Positions 8,668 to 18,812 are shown, counted from the first letter of the stretch. The stretch is DNA of 64,000 bases from Candidatus Gastranaerophilales bacterium (GCA_017560095.1 JAFYOU010000025.1:28435-92434), one strand, 5' to 3'. Notes: a model not told the origin generated them from the sequence alone. Numbers and translations: made by a program.

Positions 8668-8802
8668 ATGTACAAATATTCTATTTGGCCAGGTGTTTAC
8701 AGTTTTAAAGAGGAAGTTTCTCTATTTCTTTTGTATATAAGAGACTACCTTGATGGATTAGTGAAAGAGATTAACAAAGCAGAAGCAGTTATTGAGGAAT
8801 AA
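8668..8802 (+). CDS. Possible small ORF (44 aa), hypothetical
   Basis: My reading: AAGGAG RBS followed by ATG at 8668, encoding MYKYSIWPGVYSFKEEVSLFLLYIRDYLDGLVKEINKAEAVIEE, stop at 8800-8802. Below the ORF-track size cutoff. Confidence 0.25.
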   Translation: MYKYSIWPGVYSFKEEVSLFLLYIRDYLDGLVKEINKAEAVIEE

Positions 8803-8883
8803 CTCGCTGTTGATATGAGGATTTGTGTGAAGTGCCTTGTGGCACAATTAAGAGAGAGCGAATATTTTCGCTCTTTTACTTTT

Positions 8884-9612
8884 TTAATCCCATTCAATAT
8901 TCATAACACATAAGTCATCGCCAGTTTCAGCGTTTTTAAGCAGATGAATTGTGTGGGTTTCGTCTACAATTTCAATTTGTACCAAAACCTTATGCCCAAA
9001 CTTGATCTCCTTTTTGTAAATGATATCAACAGTTTTAAGGTGGTGGTGGGTTTTAAAATCGAAACTTAAAGGTTCTAATGCCCAAATGATGTAGTTACAG
9101 TTGTTTACGTGTTGGTTTACGTCGATGTCGTCGTATCTAATTTCAAAGACTTTTTCAATAGTAATATTTTGTGGCATTTGAATTTTTGAGAAAGTTAAAT
9201 CATTTTCACGTTTTTCAAAGTTTGGCATTTTAGGATTGTTAGCAAGTGCCTCTCCAATAAGTGAAAGTTTTCCGTTCTCCAAATTCACCAAAGCCCAACT
9301 GCTGGTTGCTCTTGCAAAAGTTTTTTCACCGTTGCAAAGTTCAAAATCACGGAATGCAAAAAGTTTTTGATAACCTCTTGGTTCTGTTTTTACAGTTAAT
9401 TCGTATTCTCCAATAGGATATTCACTAAATTCAATGTGATACTTCAACAAAAACCAAGCAAGATTTTTTTTGACTATATATGAGTAGCCAAATCCGAAAT
9501 TCTCTGCATTTTCGCTCGCCATATCTTGAAAATAGTTTAACAAAGCAGATGGCTTGAGAGCCAATTTGTAGTCCATTTCGGAATATCTAACGTTAATCTT
9601 CTTATCAAACAT
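8884..9612 (-). CDS. Acyl-ACP thioesterase
   Basis: ORF track 242 aa. It shows a double hot-dog pattern typical of the FatA/B-like acyl-ACP thioesterase family (RYSEMD..., NQHVNN). Confidence 0.75.
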   Translation of the reverse strand: MFDKKINVRYSEMDYKLALKPSALLNYFQDMASENAENFGFGYSYIVKKNLAWFLLKYHIEFSEYPIGEYELTVKTEPRGYQKLFAFRDFELCNGEKTFARATSSWALVNLENGKLSLIGEALANNPKMPNFEKRENDLTFSKIQMPQNITIEKVFEIRYDDIDVNQHVNNCNYIIWALEPLSFDFKTHHHLKTVDIIYKKEIKFGHKVLVQIEIVDETHTIHLLKNAETGDDLCVMNIEWD

Positions 9613-9635
9613 AAGTAGATTTTAGCACAAAAATT

Positions 9636-10013
9636 TTATTCAAATAATTTTTTGTAACTGTCAATGAGTTGGCACATTCCTTTTGGAATATAATCAACAT
9701 TGTATTTTTCAGCAATTCTTCGGATATCAGGTGCGGCAGAAGCGATTATAATTCTTGTGTTTGAATATTCTTTGTAAGTTTTGATTTGTTTAATGAACCA
9801 TTCGCCTGCATATAATGGCAAAAAGTCGCTTTCCATCTGCATATCAGTAAAAATTATGTCATAAGGTTCATCTATATTAAGAGTAATTTTGTCCAAACCT
9901 TCTTTTGCCCAGTTAGCAGTTTCAATAATGGTATCTTCAGGCAGAAAAGACTTGAGACATTTTACGTGATGTTTAATCCAGTTATTTGAGTCGTCAGTAA
10001 CTAAAATTTTCAT
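9636..10013 (-). CDS. Stand-alone response regulator receiver domain protein
   Basis: ORF track 125 aa. It has an N-terminal acidic pair (LVTDDS) and a phospho-acceptor-like FTDMQM. Confidence 0.7.
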   Translation of the reverse strand: MKILVTDDSNNWIKHHVKCLKSFLPEDTIIETANWAKEGLDKITLNIDEPYDIIFTDMQMESDFLPLYAGEWFIKQIKTYKEYSNTRIIIASAAPDIRRIAEKYNVDYIPKGMCQLIDSYKKLFE

Positions 10014-10017
10014 TATT

Positions 10018-10443
10018 TTAAATCAAATCCTTGTAATTCTTGATAAAATCTGGGTTTTTAGCACCGAAATCTTTTATATATTCAGAAAACTTCACAAAAT
10101 TAGTGAAAAAAGTTTCGCTACCTACGTGTTCCATACGACAAGCGTTGATGGAAGCTTCTTCTGCAGACAAATTCAAAACATTTTCAAAAAAGTCACAAAG
10201 GAGTTCGTGTTTTTTGAGGATTTTTTTAGCAGAAATTTCGCCTTTAGAGGTCATAGTGATTTTTGAGTAAGGTTCGTAGTTAATCAGATTTTTTTGAGCA
10301 AGAGCGTTCAAAGCACCTGTAACAGAGGCTTTTTTGACGTTTAGAGCATTAGAAATTTCTGTAACTTTTGCAAACCCATTTTTCAATACTTGCTTGTAAA
10401 TTTCTTCTAAATAATCTTCTTGGCTGTGAGAAAGTTCTTCCAT
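10018..10443 (-). CDS. DtxR/MntR family metal-dependent transcriptional regulator
   Basis: ORF track 141 aa. The N-terminal SQEDYLEEIYK wHTH signature is characteristic of MntR/DtxR. Confidence 0.8.
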   Translation of the reverse strand: MEELSHSQEDYLEEIYKQVLKNGFAKVTEISNALNVKKASVTGALNALAQKNLINYEPYSKITMTSKGEISAKKILKKHELLCDFFENVLNLSAEEASINACRMEHVGSETFFTNFVKFSEYIKDFGAKNPDFIKNYKDLI

Positions 10444-10533
10444 AAAACTCCTTTTTAACTGATTATAGCTTATTTATAGAAAATAAGCAAACAATGGGAA
10501 TAAAATTGATTTTGTGTAAAATGAATAAGTTAT

Positions 10534-10881
10534 CTATTGTTTATTTTGTTTTTCAACAAGTTTGAGAAAATGTCTGTAACCCTCGCCCCAATCTGCCATT
10601 GAATCTAGTACAGATGCCAAACTATAACCTACATCTGTGAGAGTGTAATCAACTCTTGGTGGTACTTCGTTATAAACTTCTCTTGTGACAAGTCCATCTT
10701 CTTCCATCTGACGAAGGTTTGTTGTGAGAACTTTTTGAGAAATCCCTTTTACTGCGGTTTTCAGCTCTCCAAAACGCATTGTGCCTGTTAAAAGTTCTCT
10801 CAAAATTATGATTTTCCACCTCTTGCCAATCATTTTTAAAGTTGTCTCTACAGGGCATTTAGGTAGGTCTTTTAATCTCAT
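10534..10881 (-). CDS. HxlR family transcriptional regulator
   Basis: ORF track 115 aa with CPVETTLKMIGKRWKIIILREL, typical of HxlR. Confidence 0.85.
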   Translation of the reverse strand: MRLKDLPKCPVETTLKMIGKRWKIIILRELLTGTMRFGELKTAVKGISQKVLTTNLRQMEEDGLVTREVYNEVPPRVDYTLTDVGYSLASVLDSMADWGEGYRHFLKLVEKQNKQ

Positions 10882-10957
10882 AGTCTGGGTTTCCTTTGGT
10901 TACCAAAATATACTATTATTGTTTTATTCTATCATAAGCCCATAAAAATGTAAAGAA

Positions 10958-12091
10958 TTGCCTTTGAGTATAAAATCAGTTAATATAAAATGTATGAGTG
11001 ATTTCAATTTAGGACATATGATTGCAAGATTTGTTAGATATCAGCCTCAAAGCAAGATATTACAAGATGTTACACGTACTCAATCTTATGAGGTTAATAA
11101 GTTGAATTCTAATCTGCAATCTTCTACATCATCAACAACGTCTTCAACTCCTACTACTCCGCAAGGATCTACGCCTGCAAGCTCTTTTTCAGGAGCTGAT
11201 AAATCAGTTTACGTGAAGGATTTGATGAAACTTCCACGCAATATGAACGAATTGATGGTTAAAATTCAGCAAAATCTATCACAAGCAGAGTTGAACAAAT
11301 TGCTATCACAACACGCTGCTGCAAGAAGAAACCCTCTTTCTCAAACTCAAGCTCAAATATTGGCGCAACTTCAAGGGTTGAATACTGCAGAAATGCAGGC
11401 GGTAATGAAAGCTCAATTGGCGTCAGGTCAAACTTCTTCGGCAATAAAAAATTTGCAAATATCAGCTTCTCAAATGATTAATCTTTCTGATATTTCGGTA
11501 TTAATTCAGTCAAACGGAAAAGAAGCCGTTACGAAATTAATTTTAGCGATGGCGAATGCTGCAAAACAAGGTAATGGTGATATTCACCAGCTAAAAGAAA
11601 CTGCAAAATTAATCAACGCAAGTGTTGCAATGGCGTCTTCTGACAATCCTGCGCAAACATTGAAAACATTAATGTTATTATATTTGCCTTGGTTGCCGTT
11701 GCATGAGGGTGCAGATTTTGATATAGATGTGGAAGTTGGTGGAAGTGGTTCTCCAAGCGATAGTATTTTAATAGTTACCATAACCACGGTTAATTACGGA
11801 ATTTTGACGGCAACATTGCTTTTGGAAAACCAAAATGCCGTGCATATTAATATAGAATGTTCTGAAAAATTCCCTAAAGATGAGTTGTTGAAAAGGATGA
11901 CCGAAGATGAAAATCATTATTCTATGCAATCAATAATTTCTGTTGATACAAAAAAGGTTTCGGATAATATCCAAAAACCAGAATCTACAAATGCAAAAAT
12001 AAATATGTCGCATACAAATGAAATCAGTCCATATCTTCTTTTGGCTGCGCATTCTTTAATACGTTATGTAATCGAATTGGATAGAGGTTAA
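10958..12091 (+). CDS. Hypothetical Ser/Thr/Gln-rich protein
   Basis: ORF track 377 aa starting at a TTG. An in-frame ATG at 10994 is a more likely start. No motif recognised. Confidence 0.5.
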   Translation: MPLSIKSVNIKCMSDFNLGHMIARFVRYQPQSKILQDVTRTQSYEVNKLNSNLQSSTSSTTSSTPTTPQGSTPASSFSGADKSVYVKDLMKLPRNMNELMVKIQQNLSQAELNKLLSQHAAARRNPLSQTQAQILAQLQGLNTAEMQAVMKAQLASGQTSSAIKNLQISASQMINLSDISVLIQSNGKEAVTKLILAMANAAKQGNGDIHQLKETAKLINASVAMASSDNPAQTLKTLMLLYLPWLPLHEGADFDIDVEVGGSGSPSDSILIVTITTVNYGILTATLLLENQNAVHINIECSEKFPKDELLKRMTEDENHYSMQSIISVDTKKVSDNIQKPESTNAKINMSHTNEISPYLLLAAHSLIRYVIELDRG

Positions 12092-12171
12092 AAAAGACAG
12101 AAACACCACATTCGACCTATTTGTTTGTAGGTCGTATCAAGTTTTGTTTAATTCATTTACCCCGAGAATTT

Positions 12172-12360
12172 TTAGTCTAATAGATTTTCTAGAATTTTAG
12201 CGTTATCTTCTGCTTTTTGAATTTGTTGAGCGCTAGTTCTACGCATATACGATCTTAACGCTTCACGAATAAGTTCACTTCTTGTTCTTTGTTCGTCGTT
12301 TGCAAGACCATCTACACGACTTAAGAATTCATCAGGCATAGTTACTAGAATTTTAGCCAT
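12172..12360 (-). CDS. Ribbon-helix-helix (CopG/MetJ-type) DNA-binding protein
   Basis: ORF track 62 aa. The pattern KILVTMPDEFLSRVD...RSELIREALRSY is an RHH pattern. Confidence 0.7.
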   Translation of the reverse strand: MAKILVTMPDEFLSRVDGLANDEQRTRSELIREALRSYMRRTSAQQIQKAEDNAKILENLLD

Positions 12361-12501
12361 TCTACATTAACCCTCCGATATCATATTAGCACGCGTTTCA
12401 ATTTTTGGCAAGGCTATATGCGAATTAGCCTGTATGTCTAATGGATATTTCTTAATAATTCGAAATAATATAACTGTTATATCAGAAAGGAGTTGTGTTT
12501 T

Positions 12502-13053
12502 ATGGATGAAAATAATCAAGAACAACATCACAACCATCACTATCACAATGGAGAATGTTTTTTGTGTAAACATCCTTGGTTAAAATTGTTGTTAACAGGT
12601 TTGATGACTTTAATTGGTGCTTATCTTGCGTTTTATTTTGTAACGGATTGGCATTTTAAAAGGATGTTAGACCCAGTTGTGCAAATGAGAAAAATGGATA
12701 GGATGATTCAAAAAGAAGAACATCAAATGCACAAGTTTTTTGACAAAGAAATGCGCAAAGAGAAAAACCTTGAGCGCAAAGCAGGTGAGATTATTCATGT
12801 TGAAAAAACAGAAGATGCCTACAAAATAGTCATCGACTTAAAACCGTTTAATAATGACGAAAAAAATGTTACGGTTACCAGAGAGGGGGATTCTCTAACA
12901 GTGAATATGGCAGGTGAAATAAAAAAGCAGAAAAAAGAATTGACAGTATCTTTGACGCAAAAATTTATTTTCCCTGATGATGCTGATTTAGATGATATAA
13001 GTAAATTCAAAGATGGTAATAAGTATTTTATAGTTGTGCCGATTAGGGATTAG
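12502..13053 (+). CDS. Membrane-anchored Hsp20/alpha-crystallin-like protein with His-rich N-terminus
   Basis: The ORF track frame starts at 12493 (TTG). I prefer the ATG at 12502, which lies 9 nt after AAAGGAG. Features: HHNHHYH, one TM segment, and a C-terminal beta-rich domain resembling the ACD fold (YKIVIDLKPF...LTV...FIFP). Confidence 0.5.
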   Translation: MDENNQEQHHNHHYHNGECFLCKHPWLKLLLTGLMTLIGAYLAFYFVTDWHFKRMLDPVVQMRKMDRMIQKEEHQMHKFFDKEMRKEKNLERKAGEIIHVEKTEDAYKIVIDLKPFNNDEKNVTVTREGDSLTVNMAGEIKKQKKELTVSLTQKFIFPDDADLDDISKFKDGNKYFIVVPIRD

Positions 13054-13067
13054 TTGTAATTAGAAGC

Positions 13068-13099
13068 AAGCGCCGAACTTTAAAAAAAGTTCGGCGCTT
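13068..13099. terminator. Bidirectional intrinsic terminator between convergent genes
   Basis: AAGCGCCGAACTT-TAAAAAA-AGTTCGGCGCTT forms a perfect 13-bp stem flanked by A/T runs. Confidence 0.8.
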
Positions 13100-13113
13100 A
13101 ATGTGTGAACAAA

Positions 13114-13455
13114 CTAATTATCAGAGCCTATGCTGTTTAAGCCTATTCCAAGAATTGATAACAGTAAAGCTCCTAAAAATGCACTCAAAAAGTTTTCTAC
13201 ATCAAACCCTGGTGCAATAAATCCTGCGAACATAAATAGCAAGGCATTTATTACAAAAGTAAAAAGTCCTAATGTAAGGATATTTATAGGCAGAGTTATT
13301 AAAATTAGTATTGGCTTAATGAATACGTTAATCAAAGCAATAATGACAGATACGATTAAGGCGTTCCAAAATCCGTCTACCGAAATTCCTGGTATAATCC
13401 AAGATATAAACATTATTATTAAGGCAAAACCAATCCAACGTAAAAATAAATACAT
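13114..13455 (-). CDS. Phage-holin-family-IV/DUF360-like small membrane protein
   Basis: ORF track 113 aa with four hydrophobic helices and the family-typical layout (ALINVFIKPIL..LTLP...L). Confidence 0.6.
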   Translation of the reverse strand: MYLFLRWIGFALIIMFISWIIPGISVDGFWNALIVSVIIALINVFIKPILILITLPINILTLGLFTFVINALLFMFAGFIAPGFDVENFLSAFLGALLLSILGIGLNSIGSDN

Positions 13456-13527
13456 AACTAAATCTCCTTTAATTATGTATTTATTATAGAAAATATTTAA
13501 ACCAGTTACATTAGACGAAAAGACAAG

Positions 13528-13884
13528 TTATTTTCTGTCAGTAACTTTGATAATATGCCATCCGAATGGAGAAAATACAGGTTTTGAAACTTCTCCAACA
13601 GGAAGTGAGAACGCTTTTCTTTCGAATTCAGGAACCATTTGACCACGTCCAAAAAATCCTAAATCGCCACCGTTTTTGCCAGATGGGCAGATAGAATAAA
13701 GTTCTGCGTATCGTTCAAAACTGCCACCTGCGTCAATATCTTTTTTAATTTGCAATGCGTCTTGAGCTGATTTTACAAGTATGTGGCTTGCACGAACTTG
13801 TGTAAATCTTTCTGCACAAAACCCTACATTTGCAGACATTAATAGAACAAATGTTAATAAAATTTTTGTAAAAGTTTTAATCAT
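13528..13884 (-). CDS. Parvulin-type peptidyl-prolyl cis-trans isomerase with signal peptide
   Basis: ORF track 118 aa. Motifs: ASHILV, GGDLGFF and GWHIIKV. Confidence 0.88.
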   Translation of the reverse strand: MIKTFTKILLTFVLLMSANVGFCAERFTQVRASHILVKSAQDALQIKKDIDAGGSFERYAELYSICPSGKNGGDLGFFGRGQMVPEFERKAFSLPVGEVSKPVFSPFGWHIIKVTDRK

Positions 13885-13935
13885 ATAAATAATCCTATAT
13901 AAAATTTTCCAAAGAATAATCGCCTAATAGACTAA

Positions 13936-15360
13936 TTATTTTATTACTTCAATAAAATCGTAATCTTGTAAATAAGGCATATGAGCTTCTGTGATTAATT
14001 CACCAGGTAAAAGAATTGCAATTCCTGGAGGACATTCTGCAATAACTTCTGCAGCAATTCTACCAATCGCTTGAGATTTTGGAATTGTTTCTTTGGGTGC
14101 ATAAAAACTATCACGAAGATTCATTTTTATGATTGGTGTTAACATTGGCATATGTTTTTTATTTTCAAGATAACAAATGTCAGAGTAATGAGTTTTATCA
14201 ATTTTGTGTAGGCATTCAACTAAATATTTGATATCGTTTCTTGTGTTGCCAAGGTTTGAAAGAAGTAACAATCCAGCGTCAGAAGCACTTTCAACTTCGA
14301 TATTAAAATCAATTTCTAAAATTGATTCAAGACGCTTTCCTGACAAGCCATCTGCTTTAATGAACACTTTTGTAATATCTGTTTTGTAACCAAAATCAGG
14401 TTTTAGGTGGTGAATGTGTTCCATTGTATCAATTTCTTTGCGAAGATATTTTGCATTCTCGATAGCACGAGCTAGTTGTTTTTTACCTCTTTGACTATCT
14501 AAATTTGCACGAGCAGCGTCTAAACTTGCTAACAAAAGCATTGATGGGCTTGTTGTGTGCAAAAGTTTTAGAGATTTTTCAATCGCATCAATATCAAGCA
14601 TTGAATTTTCTGCAATATGAAGCATAGAGCTTTGGCTCATAGAACCACCCGTTTTGTGAAGTGAATGAACAACCGCATCAGCACCTAATTGCAAAGCTGG
14701 TGTCGGTAAATGTTTGTTAAAATTCCACAAACAAGCGTGAGCTTCGTCAACAATCAATGGAACTCCATATTTTTTACAAACGGCAGAAATTGATTTGATA
14801 TCAGAAACAACACCTTCATAAGTTGGGTTTGTAATCCAAACCATAGAAATATCATCGTGAAGTTTTAGTTGTTCTTCAACACTTTCAGGACTAATGTTGC
14901 CCCAGATTCCCCAATCTTCAAAACGATTTGGGATAAGCCAAAGCGGTTCAGCTCCTGAAATAATCATACCTGTTAAAACTGAACGGTGACAATTTCTATT
15001 TGTCAAAACTCTTTGACCTTTTCTTGTGCAACTCATTGCAAGAGCAAGGTTACCCGCTGTTGAGCCGTTTAACAAGAAGAAAGTTCTTTTTGCACCAAAA
15101 GCTTTTGCTGCCAATTCTTGAGCTTCTTTAATCGGGCCAGTTGCTGGATGAAGTGTTCCTAATCCGTCAAACTCATCTGTTGTATCAAGCGAAAGAGCTT
15201 TTGTACCTACTAATTTTCTAAAATCAGGCAAAGCGCCATTTCCCTTTGTATGTCCCGGGATATGAAACTGGTATGTTGGGTTTTCATAAGCACGTTTGAG
15301 AGCATCTACAATTGGGGTTTTTACTTTTACAATTCTATCAATTTTTGTTACGTTTGTCAT
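13936..15360 (-). CDS. PLP-dependent Orn/Lys/Arg decarboxylase family protein
   Basis: ORF track 474 aa. It has a SLHKTGGS PLP-lysine motif and overall family-like length. Confidence 0.8.
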   Translation of the reverse strand: MTNVTKIDRIVKVKTPIVDALKRAYENPTYQFHIPGHTKGNGALPDFRKLVGTKALSLDTTDEFDGLGTLHPATGPIKEAQELAAKAFGAKRTFFLLNGSTAGNLALAMSCTRKGQRVLTNRNCHRSVLTGMIISGAEPLWLIPNRFEDWGIWGNISPESVEEQLKLHDDISMVWITNPTYEGVVSDIKSISAVCKKYGVPLIVDEAHACLWNFNKHLPTPALQLGADAVVHSLHKTGGSMSQSSMLHIAENSMLDIDAIEKSLKLLHTTSPSMLLLASLDAARANLDSQRGKKQLARAIENAKYLRKEIDTMEHIHHLKPDFGYKTDITKVFIKADGLSGKRLESILEIDFNIEVESASDAGLLLLSNLGNTRNDIKYLVECLHKIDKTHYSDICYLENKKHMPMLTPIIKMNLRDSFYAPKETIPKSQAIGRIAAEVIAECPPGIAILLPGELITEAHMPYLQDYDFIEVIK

Positions 15361-15423
15361 ATTTTATAATATACAATAAAAAAACCATGAATTTCAACAT
15401 GTTTTGTGATATAATTAATATTT

Positions 15424-16728
15424 GTGAACGGAATTTTTAAAATAGCTGTTATATTAAGTTTAATATTTTCTCTGAATTGCGCATCAGTTCAAGCACAGAC
15501 CCCTATAACAGAAAGCGAAAAAAATGAGATTATACATCTTGATGTGCATAAAACAGAACAATTTAAAGCTGATGTAAAGACTTCTTTGACCGAAAAAGAA
15601 ACAGATGAAGATATTAAAAAAGATACTGTTAGCGATAATATCGACCCTGAATTCTCTGTTTTTGATGAAATTTTAGACACAGATAGAAATGAAGAACATC
15701 CGTTCAAAATAGAAGAAGAATCGCTTTTTGGTAAAATTTATAAGAAAAAATTAGAAAGAACCTCAATACCATCTTATTTATTGAAAGATGAGCTAACTTT
15801 TAGATACAAAAAAGGACCTGTTCACAAAGCTCAATTTTATGGTGCATATCAGGGGAGTTTGACTGGAACTTTTGAACCTGGTGATTTTGATAGAGGTTAT
15901 GAATTTGGTATAGCTGAAATAGGTGTTGTTGGTGCATTTAAGAAAGAAACAAAAACCGATTTTAAAGTACAGATGAACTTCAAACCTGTTTCAGGGCAAA
16001 GCTATTTACACAGCTTGTTTACTGACGTTTATGTTATGAATACAGCAATTCCAAATCACAAGGTTATTGTTGGTAATTCAAGAAACCAAGTTGGTATAGA
16101 TGGAGGTGCTAGCTCTTACACATTACCTTTTGCAACTCGTTCACAAATTGGTAGAAATTTTGGTAACGTAAGGGTTTTGGGGGTTCGTGTGGTTGGGAAT
16201 TACCCATTAATTGACTATCAGATGGCTGTAAATAGTTCAGACAGATATTTTCACGAATTTTTCCCTGGAGCAGAGTTCACAGGTTGGATAAACTTCAAAC
16301 CTCTTGGAAAAACAGATGGTAAATATGGGAATTTAACAATAGGTACAGGCGTAAATACAGGTCGCAGACACGGAGATTATTCCGTTGGTGGTGCTTATGT
16401 TGGGTATTCGTATAAGAAATTTGCTGTAAACGCTGAATATGCTATTGCGGATGGTTATAATGGAAAGGTTTATAGCGATAAAAAAGCGACAGGTTTTTAT
16501 ACAACAGTTTCTTATCGTTTGACAAAAAGACTTCACGCACTGTTAAGATATGACCAATTTGACCCAAACCGTGAAGTTAGTGGAAATCTAAAAAGAGAAT
16601 ATACTGCAGGTTTGAACTATTTTATCAAAGGTCAGGCGTTGCGTTTGATTTTAAATTACGTCTTTTGTGAGAACCAAAATGCGGACGATAGCCACAGAAT
16701 TATTTTAGGTACACAAATTGTCTTGTAA
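15424..16728 (+). CDS. Outer-membrane porin (phosphate-selective porin O/P-like)
   Basis: ORF track 434 aa with a GTG start. It has a signal peptide, alternating beta-strand pattern and an aromatic-rich C-terminal strand. Confidence 0.6.
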   Translation: MNGIFKIAVILSLIFSLNCASVQAQTPITESEKNEIIHLDVHKTEQFKADVKTSLTEKETDEDIKKDTVSDNIDPEFSVFDEILDTDRNEEHPFKIEEESLFGKIYKKKLERTSIPSYLLKDELTFRYKKGPVHKAQFYGAYQGSLTGTFEPGDFDRGYEFGIAEIGVVGAFKKETKTDFKVQMNFKPVSGQSYLHSLFTDVYVMNTAIPNHKVIVGNSRNQVGIDGGASSYTLPFATRSQIGRNFGNVRVLGVRVVGNYPLIDYQMAVNSSDRYFHEFFPGAEFTGWINFKPLGKTDGKYGNLTIGTGVNTGRRHGDYSVGGAYVGYSYKKFAVNAEYAIADGYNGKVYSDKKATGFYTTVSYRLTKRLHALLRYDQFDPNREVSGNLKREYTAGLNYFIKGQALRLILNYVFCENQNADDSHRIILGTQIVL

Positions 16729-16830
16729 TTGACTATTGCACAATCTTAAAAAATACGATATAATTAGTAGAATAAGAGGAATTTAGCAATAGGTTTTTCT
16801 TAAAAAGTACAAAATCAGGAGAACACAAAA

Positions 16831-17109
16831 ATGTACCAAGATGAAAAATTAGTATGTGAAGATTGCGGCGCAGAATTTGTCTTCACAGCAGGCGAACAAG
16901 AGTTTTATGCAGAAAAAGGTCTCGTAAACAAACCAAAAAGATGTCCAGATTGCCGCAAAAATCGTAGACAAAACAACAGAAGACACGGAAGAAAATTGTA
17001 CGATGCAACTTGCTCAAAATGCGGTGCTCAAACACAAGTTCCGTTTAAACCAATTCCAGGTAAAGAAGTTTATTGCAAAGATTGTTTCGCATCGATTAAA
17101 GCAGAATAA
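16831..17109 (+). CDS. Zinc-ribbon domain protein (two CxxC pairs repeated)
   Basis: ORF track 92 aa. Cysteine pairs: CEDCG...CPDCR and CSKCG...CKDCF. Confidence 0.7.
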   Translation: MYQDEKLVCEDCGAEFVFTAGEQEFYAEKGLVNKPKRCPDCRKNRRQNNRRHGRKLYDATCSKCGAQTQVPFKPIPGKEVYCKDCFASIKAE

Positions 17110-17130
17110 AATTAAATATAGATATTTTAG

Positions 17131-17158
17131 AAAAGTGAGGTCAAAAGCCTCACTTTTT
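17131..17158 (+). terminator. Intrinsic terminator
   Basis: AAAAGTGAGG-TCAAAAG-CCTCACTTTT followed by a T-run. Confidence 0.8.
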
Positions 17159-17237
17159 TAATTTAATGAAACAAAATAAAATATATGCAATTATATTAAA
17201 TCTTTACTTATATTTTTTTTCATGACAAACTACAGAT

Positions 17238-18572
17238 ATGGAAAGAAAACCGATAGTAGCAATAGTTGGAAGACCGAATGTTGGCAAATCAACCTTCGTA
17301 AATCGTCTTTTGGGTTCAAGAAACTCAATTGTAGACGATTTGCCAGGTGTTACTCGTGATAGAATTTATTTTGACGTTGAATGGCAAAACAAACAATTCA
17401 CTGTAATCGATACTGGTGGTATTATTCCTGGTGATGAAGATGAAATTATGGTTTCAATTTTTGATCAGGCAAGAATTGCTACTGAAGAAGCTGATAAAAT
17501 TATTTTTATAGTTGATGGCAAAGAGGGTGTAAACCCAGTTGATTATGATATTGCAAACATTTTAAGACAGTCTAAAAAACCTGTAACTATTGCCGTAAAC
17601 AAATTGGATAACCCTCAATCTTTGATGATGGTTAATGATTTTTATTCACTTGCACTTGGCGACCCTGTTGGAATATCAGCTTTGCACGGAAGTGGCGGTG
17701 TAGGTGATTTACTAGATATAATAACTGCAGATTTTCCAGATGAAGTTGTTGAAGAAGAAGAAAATGTTATCAAAATTGCTATTGTAGGTAGACCAAATGC
17801 TGGTAAATCTTCTATCGTAAACAGTTTATTGAACGAAAATCGTGTAATTGTTTCTGATGTTTCAGGAACAACTCGTGATAGTATTGACAGTAGAATTACT
17901 TACAAAGATAAAGAATTTGTGATTATAGACACTGCAGGTATTAGAAAAAAATCTAAAGTTGAATATGGTGTTGAAAAATTTGCAGTAGATAGGGCTATTC
18001 GTTCTATTAGAGATTGTAATGTAGCGTTGTTAGTATTGGATGCGAAAGAAGGTATTTCTGATCAAGATAAAAAAATCGCCTCAATGATTTTGGAAGCTGG
18101 GAAAGGAATAATTATTGCTGTAAACAAATGGGATTTGATTGAAGACAAAAAAGCTAATACAATCAATCAGTTCGACAATAATTTATCTAATGAAATCCCA
18201 TTTTTGGAATTTGCGCCAAAAATTTACATAAGTGCTTTAACAAGACAGAGATTACCGCAAATTTTTGAAAAAGCGCAAGAAGTATGGGAACAATGCACAA
18301 AACGTGTTTCTACAGGTTTGTTGAATAAAGTTATGAAAGAGCTTTATGCTCTAAATCCGCCAGCGTCTGTAAAAGGAAAACGTTTAAAAATAATGTATAC
18401 AACTCAATCGAATATTTGTCCTCCAACGTTTGTGATTTTTGCAAATAATGCAGATTTGATGAAAGATCATTACAAACGTTATATTGAAAACAAACTTCGT
18501 GAGGCTTTTGGTTTCTTTGGAACACCGATTAGAATTGCTGTTCGTGAGAGAAGTGAAAAAGATAAAAAATAA
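17238..18572 (+). CDS. der: Ribosome-associated GTPase Der (EngA), tandem GTPase domains
   Basis: ORF track 444 aa. Two P-loops are present (GRPNVGKS and GRPNAGKS), with DTGG/DTAG, NKLD/NKWD and a KH-like C-terminus. Confidence 0.95.
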   Translation: MERKPIVAIVGRPNVGKSTFVNRLLGSRNSIVDDLPGVTRDRIYFDVEWQNKQFTVIDTGGIIPGDEDEIMVSIFDQARIATEEADKIIFIVDGKEGVNPVDYDIANILRQSKKPVTIAVNKLDNPQSLMMVNDFYSLALGDPVGISALHGSGGVGDLLDIITADFPDEVVEEEENVIKIAIVGRPNAGKSSIVNSLLNENRVIVSDVSGTTRDSIDSRITYKDKEFVIIDTAGIRKKSKVEYGVEKFAVDRAIRSIRDCNVALLVLDAKEGISDQDKKIASMILEAGKGIIIAVNKWDLIEDKKANTINQFDNNLSNEIPFLEFAPKIYISALTRQRLPQIFEKAQEVWEQCTKRVSTGLLNKVMKELYALNPPASVKGKRLKIMYTTQSNICPPTFVIFANNADLMKDHYKRYIENKLREAFGFFGTPIRIAVRERSEKDKK

Positions 18573-18601
18573 GTCTGATACAGCACGGCAAAATGTGTAC
18601 C

Positions 18602-18812
18602 TGTCATCCTGAATGAATGTGAAGGTTTAAAAAAAACGAGATTCTTCAACTCTATCGAGTTTCAGAATGACAGAGAAAAGTAAAATTTTACCAAAACTTG
18701 TCATCCTGAACGAAAGTGAAGGATCTCAAATAAAAGAGATTTTTCAGTACTTTGTACTTTTAGAATGATGTAAATAGGGATTCTTCTTCGCATTCGCTCA
18801 TCAGAAGGATGG
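18602..18812. repeat. Cluster of REP/MITE-like ~27-35-nt palindromic units (GTCATCCTGAAYGAAWGTGAAGGAT family), in both orientations
   Basis: Units by eye at 18602-18628 (forward), 18638-18672 (reverse), 18699-18725 (forward), 18736-18770 (reverse) and 18777-18812 (reverse). The same family recurs at 49001-49172. Confidence 0.75.

Noticed and set aside
12172-12360. RHH protein as part of a toxin-antitoxin pair
   Set aside because: No adjacent co-oriented small toxin ORF is present on either side. It is treated as a stand-alone regulator.
13114-13455. Holin-family gene as evidence for a prophage
   Set aside because: It is isolated, with no endolysin, terminase or structural genes nearby. This family (DUF360) is common as a chromosomal membrane protein.
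13130-13489. 119-aa + strand ORF
   Set aside because: It is antisense to the well-formed four-helix membrane protein at 13114-13455 and has no RBS. The minus-strand product has coherent TM topology.
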